Sequence record: PV764602.1
Length of the DNA stretch: 64,000 nt
Strand: one strand, 5' to 3'
Positions 45,194 through 55,312 of the stretch are shown piece after piece (within the stretch, counting starts at the first letter, position 1; every line of letters starts with the position of its first letter). Under the pieces are notes generated by a model that ran no database searches, was not told where the DNA came from, and saw only the letters and a program-made list of their open reading frames with translations. The position numbers and the translations under genes are program-made.

Positions 45194-45568
45194 ATGCCCA
45201 TACGGAAAACGGGAACGGTCAAGGTCAACCGCCGCTCTGGAGGAACCCACCGAATCGTTCGGGGCAAGTACACGGGCACTAAGGAAGGGTGGCGCTCCCT
45301 GTCGGACAAGATCAAGAAAAGAGACGGCTGGTGCTGCCGCAAATGTGGCAGGAACAAACTGGCTGTGCGCGCCCGAGGTGACTTCCTAGAGGTTGACCAC
45401 ATCATCCCGATTTCCAAGGGCGGCACTGATTCTCCCAGCAATCTATGGACGCTTTGTAGCACCTGCCACGGAAAGCGTCCCGGCCATAAACACCTGCAAA
45501 AACGTAGGCAACCAAATGCGAATTCTCCAAAACCTGCGCCATACCGGATCGGCTCCTACTCAGGATAG
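45194..45568 (+). CDS. HNH endonuclease
   Basis: CRKC...EVDHIIPISKGG....NL..LC..CH. Confidence 0.9.
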   Translation: MPIRKTGTVKVNRRSGGTHRIVRGKYTGTKEGWRSLSDKIKKRDGWCCRKCGRNKLAVRARGDFLEVDHIIPISKGGTDSPSNLWTLCSTCHGKRPGHKHLQKRRQPNANSPKPAPYRIGSYSG

Positions 45569-46082
45569 CCCCGAAACCGCCTCCTTGCGCCGTCTCACCA
45601 ATACTGTAAAGAAAGGGGAAGTGCAGAAAAACCCAATTTCGCCCAAGCAGCTAGAGGTTCTCTCCGTAGAGGCTCCAGTTGCTTTCGACGTTATCGAGCC
45701 TCCGGCATCTGACCTTACCCCGCTGCCTACTGTATATGGGCCGCCGGTCATCCCGGAAGGTGACGTGGTTCCTGTCTTCAAGAAGCGCAATCTTGCGAAC
45801 GAGAATCGGAGAGAGATACGCCTGCTGAAAGAGCAGCTGCGTGACCTGTCTGAACCCTCCGAGGACGAACAGCTTGATCGTATCCTCGACTGGCTCAGTT
45901 CCAAGAATCTGGATGACGGATTCAACTACGCGCAGACGTTCTACAACACCACGTTCCTTGAGAGTCTGGACAAGAGCTTCGCCATCCGACTCGCTCAGAA
46001 CCTATACGCCATGTTCGCCAGTCAGGGGCGCGTTTACGCTCCGTGGGCGGACTTCGTTTCACATACTCCGGTGCTGGCATGA
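45516..46082 (+). CDS. hypothetical protein
   Basis: ATG 45516 in frame with track ORF 45393..46082; PETAS motif. Confidence 0.6.
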   Translation: MRILQNLRHTGSAPTQDSPETASLRRLTNTVKKGEVQKNPISPKQLEVLSVEAPVAFDVIEPPASDLTPLPTVYGPPVIPEGDVVPVFKKRNLANENRREIRLLKEQLRDLSEPSEDEQLDRILDWLSSKNLDDGFNYAQTFYNTTFLESLDKSFAIRLAQNLYAMFASQGRVYAPWADFVSHTPVLA

Positions 46083-49000
46083 AAGAGATAGCGGCAACGC
46101 TGACTAACAACCCCATTGAACGTCCGGAAGGCATTGACGAAACTTACCTGTATCCGCTGCTGCATGATGGCGAGGCGGTGCAGTCGGTCCTTGGCCTGCT
46201 GGTCGCCGGTTGGAAGGGCTACTTGGCGGAAAGCGCCAAGAAGACGGGTAAGTATGCAGTCAACCTTCTAGATCGTAAGGACCCCGATCGCAGCCTGTTC
46301 ATGCCTGATGAAGACTATCTGGCAGACTTGGGCGAGAACATCGGTAGCATCGAAAACTCTGCGCGCGTGCAGGTGCGTCGTGAGGGTAAGGGCTTCACGC
46401 TTTCCTTCCCGATCCTTGCTATGCACAAGGAAGACTACAAGAACAACACGCTCTCCCCGACCTCCCTGAGCAACCTTGCCAAGACCTTTCCCGCTACGGG
46501 AGACACGGGTTCCGCGATGGTGTCTCATAGCTCGCCGGAGAGCTATCAGCATTTCTACGAACTGCTGACCAAGGTGATCCCGAAGGCTTCGCAGGCTCAG
46601 TTCTTCAACCCTGCTGAACCCATCGACATTTTCATCCCGGTTGACGTGACCAAGGAACACATTGGTTACACCCCGAAGCTGGAGGCGCAGTTCGTTAGCG
46701 CTGAAACTCTACGGGCTGCTGAGAAGTACATCAAGGGCTATCGTCTGATCGGTCCACCGATTCCTTCCCGTCATCAGTACCTTGGCGAACTGTCGGTTAC
46801 GCACGACGACGAAGAGACTCGCTACACCCCGACGTCCATCAAGGACGTGGTTAACAAGGGTGACTACGCAACTTGGGTTGCGATGAATCGTGAAGTCTTT
46901 GTCTACGCCGATCTGCACCTGCCGGAAGACTTCGCCAAGTTTGTTGGCCAGAGCCACAACCCGTCGCCGTCCATGATCTTTGTGTGGTTCATGGCGTGGA
47001 TGCGTTATTGGGTTGGCGACAGCGCGAATGCTCACGTTGAGGCCGTCCGGCCCATGTCGTCCATTCGTGATGAGAACCTGCATCGTCCGAACAAGCCCAA
47101 AGTCAACAAAGACGGCTTGATGATTTCTCCGGATGGGTACATCTACTACATCCCGACCGTGGATAACGTAGACCTATACGAGCAGGCATTCCACGAATTT
47201 GTGGAACGCGACGGTGGCGTGTTCACTCTTGCGGACATGCGTAGCACGGTCAAGCCGACCAAGAAGCTGCCTGCCAACAAGCTGATCTACACCGATTGGG
47301 AGAACAACAAGATCGCCTACTCCAACTCGGATGGTTTGGTCAACATCCTGAATCTGGACGGCTATCAGCCTGTGACTTCTACGCAGGCCCGCAACTTCCT
47401 CGACCTGCCGATCATGAAGGTGCAGCAGCGCACTCGCGTCAAGCATCTGGCTTCGGTACTTACCTACACCCTGCGCAACCGTGTGCCTGAGCGTCAGATC
47501 ACGGATATGTCGGAGGAGACTCGCCGTGGGTTGGTCGCCCTGAACGTTAGCTCCCACCAAGTCGGTGGTGCCTACGTGAATGGCGAAGTCGGTCCGTTCA
47601 TGGCCACCTTGGACAAGTCGGTCAAGGTGCTTGGCGAAATGTATGCACAGGCACCTAACAGCGTTCCTGCTTTGTTCCGTGACTACGCTGACACCTACGG
47701 TCACGAACTACAGGACGTGAAGTTCCACAACCTGTTCGACTTTGCGCCTATCAAGTGGATCGGTAACGCTCTGCAAGGTGCCTTCCAAGCAGTTTCTCCG
47801 TCGCTTGTTCTGGCCGAACACGCCAGCGAGCACGATCAGGAAGCCATCGTCAACTTTATCGAGTCGCGCTACCCGCTGTCGGGCATGGAAGAACTAGGCA
47901 CCCTCATCGCCCTAGTCAAGTACGGCACGAACTACCCGAAGATCGTTTCCTACGATCTGGCACGTCGCCGCCAGTACCTTGAGCCTGTGATTCCGGGCTA
48001 TGACTGGCAGCCCAAGCCGCTTCCCTACGTCGCTGAGAACCGAGCCTTGATGCCGCATCAGGCACGCATCGACGGCATCCTGACGCTGAACAAGCCGGAC
48101 TGGACGATCCTTGACGTTGACGCTGGTGGTGGTAAGACGGGCATTGGCCTGCGTTACATCATCACCCTGCTGGAAGGTAAGGACGTGAAGCGGGCGTGTA
48201 TCACTTGCCCCAGCTTCTTGGTGAAGAACTACATCGAAGAGAACGTGTACTTCTACGATGGCCGGATCAACATGATCGTCATTAGCACGGACACCCTCAA
48301 CACCTACGGTGAGGATGGCCTGCGCACGATGATTGAGAACTCGCCTCCGAACACCATCCTGCTGACTGACTTTGGGTTCCTGTCCAACCATCACCGCAAC
48401 CGCGTCGTGTTCTACGGCAGCGGCGAAGTGACCATCAACCTCAATGCGGAATTCCTGACCACGCTGGGCATCGACTACATGATCGTAGACGAATCGCACG
48501 GCCTGCGCAACGAGGAAAGCAACAAGAGTCAAGCAGCCCGTAAGCTCGCCCTGACGATGGACAAGAAGGCCATCGCTACGGGTACGTTCATCAACAACCA
48601 AATCAGCGACACCGCTGGCCAGTTCGCCCTGTTTGATCCCTCGGTCTTCGGCAACAAGCAGGACTTCATTGACGAATTCGCAGAAGTGATCGTCGGTGGC
48701 AAGGTGGTCAAGTGGAAGGACAATGCTGAGGCCGAGATTCGTAAGCGCATTGGTGCACAGTCGTGTCTCATCAGCGCACGTCGTAAGGAATGGGGCGCAA
48801 TGCTTCCGCATCTACGCGAGAGCATCATCCCTATCTATCAGGACGAACTGAACCCCGATTGGGTCGCTGCGTATCAAGCCATTCTGGAAGAAACGATTGA
48901 GGCCATCAAGGCCAACAAGTCGTTGGTAAAGCAGCTGCAAGATGACAACGTAGACGAATTGGACTTGGCAGGTGCGCTGAATCCATACCTCGCACGCCTC

Positions 49001-50950
49001 GAAATGTTCATGACCGCTCCCGGGTCTGACCCGCTGGGCGCGAAGGTGCTAAAGGGTGACGCTGCTATCGGTCCCAAGGTCAAGGTGGTGGCTCAGATTG
49101 TTGATGAGCACGTGACTGATCCGGAGGCTAAGGACGGCAAAATCCTCATCATCACGAACTACCATGCGTCCGCAGATGCGCTCTACAACAACCTGCCTGC
49201 ACACCTCAAGTCCAAGTTTATCCGCTACCACGCGGAGAACAAGGATCGGGATATCAGCAAGTTCAAGCGTGACCCAGACATCATCGGCATGATCGGTGTG
49301 GAAGACAGCCTCGGTACGGGCCACAACTTCCAGTTCTGCTCGCGCATCGTGCGTATCGAAACCAAGTGGAACCCCGGTGATTTGGAGCAGGCCAACGCGC
49401 GTATCTGGCGTCCTGATCCGAAGAACATCGGCAGTGAAGCACGTACTGTGTTCATTGATTGGGTGGTGGTTGATCGCACCATCGACGTGTGCAAGTTTGC
49501 TCGTCTGATTTCCAAGGTCATTTCCAAGGTCAAGTTTGACGAAGCAGACAATCCGAAGTACGACGATCTGGAAGCGCTCCCGATCATCAAGATGAACCTT
49601 GACACGATCCGGTCGCTCAACTCGATCACGAAGCATCTGGCCGCGTATCACCAAGAATACACGACGTACAAGAACATCTACAACAAGGAAATGAAGGAGT
49701 TCCGCGAGAAGCACAAGGATACCTTCAAGTTCAAGCCCATTGAGAACAGCGGTGAACCGCTGCCGGGCGGCGCAATGATGCGTCACGTTACCTATGTCCC
49801 TGAAATGCACCTGCCGGATACCAAGCAACTTGGCATCGTGCGCTACTCCGACTATGTGGATTCCCACGCAGGCGAGAATCAGGGCATCGTTGACTTTGAC
49901 ACCGTAGGCAAGTACGTCCATACGGAATTCGGCGACGGCAAGATCATCGGCATGAGCGGCTCGACCTTAAAGGTCAAGCTGAAAGATGGAACTCTCATCA
50001 AGAGCATCAACAAGCTCAAGACGTTCATCATCCCCGACAAGAAGACCTATGACGCCGACGGAGACACCATCCGGGATCGCATGGCTCACTTGATCGGTGT
50101 GCCCATGAAGAAGGCGAAGAAGAAAAAGGAAGTGCCTGTCGAGGAAGCTCCGAAGCCTGTGCAGAAGGTCAAGCGACTCAAGACGGTTGAAGAACCTGTC
50201 GAAGAGAAGCCCAAGAAGGCCAAGAAGCAGGAAGAGGAAGCTCCTAAGCTGCGCACGCTCAAGCCTAAGAAGGCGCCGCCTGCCCCTAAGGTCAAGAAGA
50301 AGCCAGAGGTCGATGCTGAACTGGAGTTCTTTGTTGAGGTGGCCTACGATCAAGTCACCCTCGGTACGTACAAGGATGAAGCGGACGAGGATGAAGCCGC
50401 AGTTGGCGTGCTGGAGTCGCTTGGTTTCAAGGATACGGGTGCGTACTCCTTCGCTATCATCAAGACTCGGAAGCACTTGGTTAACTTCCTCGAAGTGCTG
50501 CAAAGTAAGTTCGTGGTGAAGCCGGACTTCCTTGAACGACTGGAAGACCTGCAAGCCTTCTTCAACAAGGGACCGAAGAACGCATTCAACGCTCGCAGTG
50601 CGCTCAAGGCAATGGACGTGCGTAACTTCTGGCGCATGAAGCGCAACAAGGCGGGTGCCAACGAAGTCAGGCCGTATGCTGTCGTGCTCAACCACGAACT
50701 GCACATTGCCTTCGCGTTGTCTTCCAACCAGCCCGCAAATCGCAAGGTGGCACGTCAAGTGCGTGTGCCGGGCGTCAAGTGGGATTCCTCGGATGGCGAT
50801 TACATCAAATTCCTGCCCAACAAGGGCGCTGTAACTTCCACCCTTTCTGAACTGTCCAAGGCAGGCATCACCGTTGCCAACCTCAAGGACGTGAAGAAGG
50901 TACTCTCGGAGCTCAAGCTCCACACCCCAGCCAAGAAAGAAGAGGAGTAA
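46079..50950 (+). CDS. giant SNF2-family helicase/ATPase
   Basis: LMPHQ (Q motif), DAGGGKT, IVDESH, ATGTFINN, WNPG..EQA..RIWR; SH3/Tudor-like HTEFGDG segment. Confidence 0.9.
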   Translation: MKEIAATLTNNPIERPEGIDETYLYPLLHDGEAVQSVLGLLVAGWKGYLAESAKKTGKYAVNLLDRKDPDRSLFMPDEDYLADLGENIGSIENSARVQVRREGKGFTLSFPILAMHKEDYKNNTLSPTSLSNLAKTFPATGDTGSAMVSHSSPESYQHFYELLTKVIPKASQAQFFNPAEPIDIFIPVDVTKEHIGYTPKLEAQFVSAETLRAAEKYIKGYRLIGPPIPSRHQYLGELSVTHDDEETRYTPTSIKDVVNKGDYATWVAMNREVFVYADLHLPEDFAKFVGQSHNPSPSMIFVWFMAWMRYWVGDSANAHVEAVRPMSSIRDENLHRPNKPKVNKDGLMISPDGYIYYIPTVDNVDLYEQAFHEFVERDGGVFTLADMRSTVKPTKKLPANKLIYTDWENNKIAYSNSDGLVNILNLDGYQPVTSTQARNFLDLPIMKVQQRTRVKHLASVLTYTLRNRVPERQITDMSEETRRGLVALNVSSHQVGGAYVNGEVGPFMATLDKSVKVLGEMYAQAPNSVPALFRDYADTYGHELQDVKFHNLFDFAPIKWIGNALQGAFQAVSPSLVLAEHASEHDQEAIVNFIESRYPLSGMEELGTLIALVKYGTNYPKIVSYDLARRRQYLEPVIPGYDWQPKPLPYVAENRALMPHQARIDGILTLNKPDWTILDVDAGGGKTGIGLRYIITLLEGKDVKRACITCPSFLVKNYIEENVYFYDGRINMIVISTDTLNTYGEDGLRTMIENSPPNTILLTDFGFLSNHHRNRVVFYGSGEVTINLNAEFLTTLGIDYMIVDESHGLRNEESNKSQAARKLALTMDKKAIATGTFINNQISDTAGQFALFDPSVFGNKQDFIDEFAEVIVGGKVVKWKDNAEAEIRKRIGAQSCLISARRKEWGAMLPHLRESIIPIYQDELNPDWVAAYQAILEETIEAIKANKSLVKQLQDDNVDELDLAGALNPYLARLEMFMTAPGSDPLGAKVLKGDAAIGPKVKVVAQIVDEHVTDPEAKDGKILIITNYHASADALYNNLPAHLKSKFIRYHAENKDRDISKFKRDPDIIGMIGVEDSLGTGHNFQFCSRIVRIETKWNPGDLEQANARIWRPDPKNIGSEARTVFIDWVVVDRTIDVCKFARLISKVISKVKFDEADNPKYDDLEALPIIKMNLDTIRSLNSITKHLAAYHQEYTTYKNIYNKEMKEFREKHKDTFKFKPIENSGEPLPGGAMMRHVTYVPEMHLPDTKQLGIVRYSDYVDSHAGENQGIVDFDTVGKYVHTEFGDGKIIGMSGSTLKVKLKDGTLIKSINKLKTFIIPDKKTYDADGDTIRDRMAHLIGVPMKKAKKKKEVPVEEAPKPVQKVKRLKTVEEPVEEKPKKAKKQEEEAPKLRTLKPKKAPPAPKVKKKPEVDAELEFFVEVAYDQVTLGTYKDEADEDEAAVGVLESLGFKDTGAYSFAIIKTRKHLVNFLEVLQSKFVVKPDFLERLEDLQAFFNKGPKNAFNARSALKAMDVRNFWRMKRNKAGANEVRPYAVVLNHELHIAFALSSNQPANRKVARQVRVPGVKWDSSDGDYIKFLPNKGAVTSTLSELSKAGITVANLKDVKKVLSELKLHTPAKKEEE

Positions 50951-50955
50951 TACCA

Positions 50956-51576
50956 ATGCTGTCCAAATTCCAAGTTACCAAGGTGCAGCAGGCGCTGGTC
51001 AACCTCGGCCTTGTGGTTGAAGGTTACCTGCCGGAGGGTGAGTGGGACGCCATGACCAACACTCTGTACTGGCGTTACGCCACCAACACCCCACCTTTCG
51101 TGGCAGCCAACGCTATCGGCTTTGTGCCGGGTGACGTGTATCTGCTGCATCCGGGTGTCGTGGAAGCGGTAGGCGGTGCTGAGGCGTTCTACGATGAGAA
51201 TTTCGTCGCTCCCGTCTCGGATGAGGAACTGGATGACACCCCAGCTCTCGATCCTGCCGTCTTCGCAGCCCTGAACGCCGCTGTGCCGGAAGCCACTGAC
51301 CTGCCTCCGGCTGACGATCAGCTGACCGCATCACAGACCGACCTCAGCAACGAAGCCACGTCGAGCGCGGAACCGGATGCTGCCCCGCCGCCGGTGAACG
51401 CTGATGCACAGGACGCTGGCACCCAGCAGGAAGAGGCAGAGGAAGAAGAGTACGACGATGAATCGGATGATGAAGAGGAAGAGGACGAGTCGGAAGATGA
51501 AGGCAGCACCAAGGATGAGGTGACCGAGCCGGTTGCTCCGCCGACTGGTGCTAAGAAGAAAAAGAAGAAGCGCTAA
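50956..51576 (+). CDS. acidic low-complexity protein with PG-binding-like N-terminus
   Basis: VQQALVNLG...EGEWDAMT; D/E tract; C-terminal KKKKKKR. Confidence 0.65.
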   Translation: MLSKFQVTKVQQALVNLGLVVEGYLPEGEWDAMTNTLYWRYATNTPPFVAANAIGFVPGDVYLLHPGVVEAVGGAEAFYDENFVAPVSDEELDDTPALDPAVFAALNAAVPEATDLPPADDQLTASQTDLSNEATSSAEPDAAPPPVNADAQDAGTQQEEAEEEEYDDESDDEEEEDESEDEGSTKDEVTEPVAPPTGAKKKKKKR

Positions 51577-51594
51577 CCCTTCGGGTTAAGCATT

Positions 51595-51622
51595 GAAAGG
51601 GGCGTCTTAGGGCGCCCCTTTC
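51595..51622 (+). terminator. Rho-independent terminator
   Basis: GAAAGGGGCGTC-TTAG-GGCGCCCCTTTC. Confidence 0.7.
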
Positions 51623-51692
51623 TCGTTGCTGGAATCCTGTAAACGATAACTGTAGTGTGTATGCAAGCGTACCATCCTAACAGGAGTTTTGA

Positions 51693-54600
51693 ATGCCCTT
51701 TCAACGGGTGAAAACCACCAAGTTCAAGAACAAGGTTCCTGCGCATTTGCGGGAACTGCATTGTTCACCGTTTGACCTGAGTGTTCCGTATGAGCCCTCG
51801 ACCAAAGGCAAGCGGTGTCTGATTGTAACGGGTCACGTTTCAAGGCACGACCTTGAAGCGAATCGCTTGCTTTCCAGCGCTGAGGACAAGCACGCGCTGT
51901 CGGTAACTCTCGAAATGGCCCGCAAGTGGGCCAAGCACTTTGCCAAGGATGGGCAGTCGGTAGAGAACTACTCGTTCTCCACTATCAACTTCAACTACCA
52001 CAAGAACTATCACCTGTCCTCCGAGCACCACGCTGAGTCTGTCCGCCTGTCGGTCAAGCGTGTGAAGGAGTACATCGAAGAGGTGAAGCCGGACATCATC
52101 TTGGTAATGGGCGACTCTGCATCGCGTCATCTGCTCAAGACGAAGACCGGTCACATCAACCACGGCCTTGTCCACAAAATCTCTGTCGGGGATACTGACT
52201 ACAAGGCAATCCCTACGATTGAACTGTCTACGCTCACTATGGATCCGTATATGGAGAATGGTGAGAAGTACGAGATTGCCAAAACCAATCTCTTCATGTA
52301 CGCGGTTCGGACGATCTCCAGCATCTACCTCGGCAAGCCGTGCGTAAGCTTGAAGGGCGTGAAGCCCAACGCGGTATTCGTCAATACGATGAAGCGCTTC
52401 AAGAAGATGATGACCGAGGTGTACGCAGCCTCTGCCGTCTCTGTCGATACTGAAACCATCGGCTTGAAGGTGCTGGACAACGACATTCTGACCATTCAGT
52501 TTGCCACTAGCTCCGAGAAGGGTTACGTCCTCGCGCTCAAGCACAAGGACTGTCCGTTCAACGCCAAGGAACTGAAATACATCTACGCGGAGCTGCGCAA
52601 GTTCTTCTCGCAGAAGCGACTGCCGCATAAGAAGTGGAAGAAGCAGCCGTATCTCATCATGCAGAACGGCAAGTTTGACTTGCGCGTGCTCCGAGAAGAC
52701 CTCAAGGTTCCCTGCATCCAGATGCCGGTATGGGACGTGCTCGCTGGCGAGTTCGTGCTGGATGAGAACCTCATCGACCTCCGAATCCACACTGACCTCA
52801 AGGGTGCGTGGGGCTTGGAAGTTATGTCGGCCCGATACAACAACACGTGGTATCAGACCGCTGAATTCGGTAAGGCAGATCGCGTCACCATCAAGGAAGT
52901 GTCGCTGAACCAAGCGGAACTTGACTACTGCGCAATGGACGTGCAGATGCCGTTCGCTATCCATCTGGCCCAGCAGAAGATCGCACAGGCAATGGAACAC
53001 GAAGGCGGAAACTATCTGGCGGACTACCGCCGCATGATGCTTGTCCAGATGAGCAACATGGTGCACCAGCTTTCATCCATGAAGCAGCGTGGTATGCCGC
53101 TGGATATGAACTACCTCATGCTGCTGCGTAGCAAGGCCAGTCCGCTCCGCAAGATGATTGTTGAGGTGGAGAAGAAGCTCAAGGAAATGCCGAACGTAAA
53201 GAAGGCCAACTCCATGTTGCTTTCGGAACGGGGCGCACCCTCCAAGGGCCTGTTTGGTGCAGTCACTAGCTGGATGTTCGACCTCGGCAAGTCTGCTCAC
53301 AAGATTCTTCTCTTCATCGACTTGCTCAAGCTCAAGCCCGTCAACTATGGCAAGGATGGCACGACGCCTGCGATTGACAAGGTGTTCCAAGGTGTCTACG
53401 CCGACGTGCCGGAAGTCGCAGTGCTGACTGAACGCTCGAAGATCAAGAAGCTGGATGACAGCTACGGTAAGGGCATCTGGAATCAGGTCAAGGCAGACCC
53501 TGACGTGAAGAAGGACGGACGTATTCGACCCGAGTACGGCTTCCTGCTGGTGACTGGCCGTACTAATTGTACCGGTCCTAACCTACAGCAGATTCCGGAG
53601 CACGGTAAGCTGGCGCCAATCATCAAGCGCCTGTTCTACGCACCCGAGGGCACGCTGCGCATCAAGTTCGACTTCTCGGTGCACGAAGTTCGCGGCTGGG
53701 GTATCGTGGCTAACGATAACGTCCTCCTGAGCACCTTCAACAACATCAACGATCTTGTGCTGCGCTTCCGTAAAAAGAAGAATCCCACTGAGGCAGACAA
53801 GACCGAGGTGGAAGTCAAGGGCGACATGCACAAGCTGAACTACTCGGCGTTTACTGGCGTGCCGGTGGAGAAGGTAACGAAGGAAGAACGTCAGGGCGCG
53901 AAGGGTATTACCTTCGGTTCGATTTACGGCCAGTCGGTGAAGGCTCTTGCCGAGACGTTGAAGAAGACTGTCAAGGAAGCGCAGGAACTGACTGATCGGT
54001 TCTTCAAGAAGTTCAGCATGGCGAAGAAGTGGCTGGATCGAGTCGGTGAACAGGCGGTCAAGCGTGGTTACGTTACGAGTCCGCTGGGCCGTCGCCGTAA
54101 CATGTGGGCAGGCATCCTCGGCTACGAGCGTCTGCACAATGCGTTGAAGCGTCGTGGTCAGAACAGCCCGATTCAGGGTATGTCGTCTGACATTGCAATT
54201 GACGCAGCCCGATTGATGGAAGAAGCGATCTACGATTTCCTGCTTGATATGGATGAACTGCCGGAAGAGTGCAGCCGTCCGCCGATGGGTGTGTGCGCAA
54301 TGGTGCATGACGCCACGGAAGCCGAAGCCCAGTATCGTCACGTGATGGCGCTGATTTGGATGATGGAATACTTCGCCATCCACGGTGTCCGCAAGTTCCT
54401 CAAGGACGTGTTCGACCTTGAAACGCATGTGGACTTCGCAATCGAATTCGCCGTTGGCGCACTCGGTAGCGAAATGCGCAAGTGGGACTGGACCCAGGAG
54501 TGTCTATACGACATTATCTATAAGGCATTGCAGGATCAGAAAAACGAACTCAAGTTCAAGGTCGATCCTGACACCGAGATTCTCAACATCTACAAGTGGG

Positions 54601-54761
54601 GTGCCAAGTATGCGCCGGAACTGCGCAAGCGCTTCCCACTGCCTGTAGAACCGGACTTCGATTATCCTACCAAGCGTAAGGAAGCCAAGAAGGCTACCGA
54701 CAAGCTGCTGGACAAGGTAAAGAAGGGCAAGAAGGACAAAAAGAAGAAGGAGAAAGCATGA
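51693..54761 (+). CDS. polA: family A DNA polymerase with N-terminal UDG-like domain and 3'-5' exonuclease
   Basis: Exo motifs VDTET, NGKFD, YCAMD; polymerase motifs DFSVHEVR, RQGAKGITFGSIYG, VHDA; KPDIILVMG UDG-like region. Confidence 0.92.
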   Translation: MPFQRVKTTKFKNKVPAHLRELHCSPFDLSVPYEPSTKGKRCLIVTGHVSRHDLEANRLLSSAEDKHALSVTLEMARKWAKHFAKDGQSVENYSFSTINFNYHKNYHLSSEHHAESVRLSVKRVKEYIEEVKPDIILVMGDSASRHLLKTKTGHINHGLVHKISVGDTDYKAIPTIELSTLTMDPYMENGEKYEIAKTNLFMYAVRTISSIYLGKPCVSLKGVKPNAVFVNTMKRFKKMMTEVYAASAVSVDTETIGLKVLDNDILTIQFATSSEKGYVLALKHKDCPFNAKELKYIYAELRKFFSQKRLPHKKWKKQPYLIMQNGKFDLRVLREDLKVPCIQMPVWDVLAGEFVLDENLIDLRIHTDLKGAWGLEVMSARYNNTWYQTAEFGKADRVTIKEVSLNQAELDYCAMDVQMPFAIHLAQQKIAQAMEHEGGNYLADYRRMMLVQMSNMVHQLSSMKQRGMPLDMNYLMLLRSKASPLRKMIVEVEKKLKEMPNVKKANSMLLSERGAPSKGLFGAVTSWMFDLGKSAHKILLFIDLLKLKPVNYGKDGTTPAIDKVFQGVYADVPEVAVLTERSKIKKLDDSYGKGIWNQVKADPDVKKDGRIRPEYGFLLVTGRTNCTGPNLQQIPEHGKLAPIIKRLFYAPEGTLRIKFDFSVHEVRGWGIVANDNVLLSTFNNINDLVLRFRKKKNPTEADKTEVEVKGDMHKLNYSAFTGVPVEKVTKEERQGAKGITFGSIYGQSVKALAETLKKTVKEAQELTDRFFKKFSMAKKWLDRVGEQAVKRGYVTSPLGRRRNMWAGILGYERLHNALKRRGQNSPIQGMSSDIAIDAARLMEEAIYDFLLDMDELPEECSRPPMGVCAMVHDATEAEAQYRHVMALIWMMEYFAIHGVRKFLKDVFDLETHVDFAIEFAVGALGSEMRKWDWTQECLYDIIYKALQDQKNELKFKVDPDTEILNIYKWGAKYAPELRKRFPLPVEPDFDYPTKRKEAKKATDKLLDKVKKGKKDKKKKEKA

Positions 54762-55312
54762 TTGCTCCAATGACTGTGCGCGTAGGGGATGAGGAATTCC
54801 CGATGCGCGACCTGTTTGCCAGTGAACAGTCGGTGTTTCAGCAGCAGATTGATGCAGTTACCTCAGCGTTGCAGGTCACGGAATTCGACCTGCTGCGTCG
54901 AGCAGAGACTCTGTTCAATCAACGCTTGCAGCACCGATTCTCCAAATCGCAGAACCTCAGCTACGAAAAGCGAGTGTACCCTGCTTTCGGTCCAGAAGAA
55001 TTCATGAAAGTGGCTGCTACTGGCTGGGCTGACGCGGACAAATCCCTGTGGATGGAAGCCGCCCGGAGGGCTTACCTAAACGATGCCATCAATGCGCTCG
55101 GTGGGGTGAACTACTCCAACGTTCCGTGCCCGCACCCTGATCCATTCGTCACCTACACGCACGGCGCGAATACGGGCGGATGGTCTACCAACGGTGACCG
55201 GTACTGGACAGACTTCCATTGCCATGCGTGCCTCAAGAGTTGGCGCATGGAGGAAACCTACAATCCGAATCGCCATTCGAGGTACGGCCTAGATGAAAGC
55301 ACAGCTGTCTGA
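54758..55312 (+). CDS. hypothetical protein
   Basis: 184 aa; AAGGAG RBS; C-terminal CP...CHAC. Confidence 0.7.
   Translation: MIAPMTVRVGDEEFPMRDLFASEQSVFQQQIDAVTSALQVTEFDLLRRAETLFNQRLQHRFSKSQNLSYEKRVYPAFGPEEFMKVAATGWADADKSLWMEAARRAYLNDAINALGGVNYSNVPCPHPDPFVTYTHGANTGGWSTNGDRYWTDFHCHACLKSWRMEETYNPNRHSRYGLDESTAV

Noticed and set aside
45194-45568. HNH as an intron-encoded homing endonuclease
   Set aside because: Free-standing, short, and does not interrupt a recognisable gene; no intron structure; more like packaging-associated HNHs.
51550-51576. SV40-like nuclear localisation signal (also in 44391..45191)
   Set aside because: Lys runs are common in this phage's linkers and the host is bacterial.
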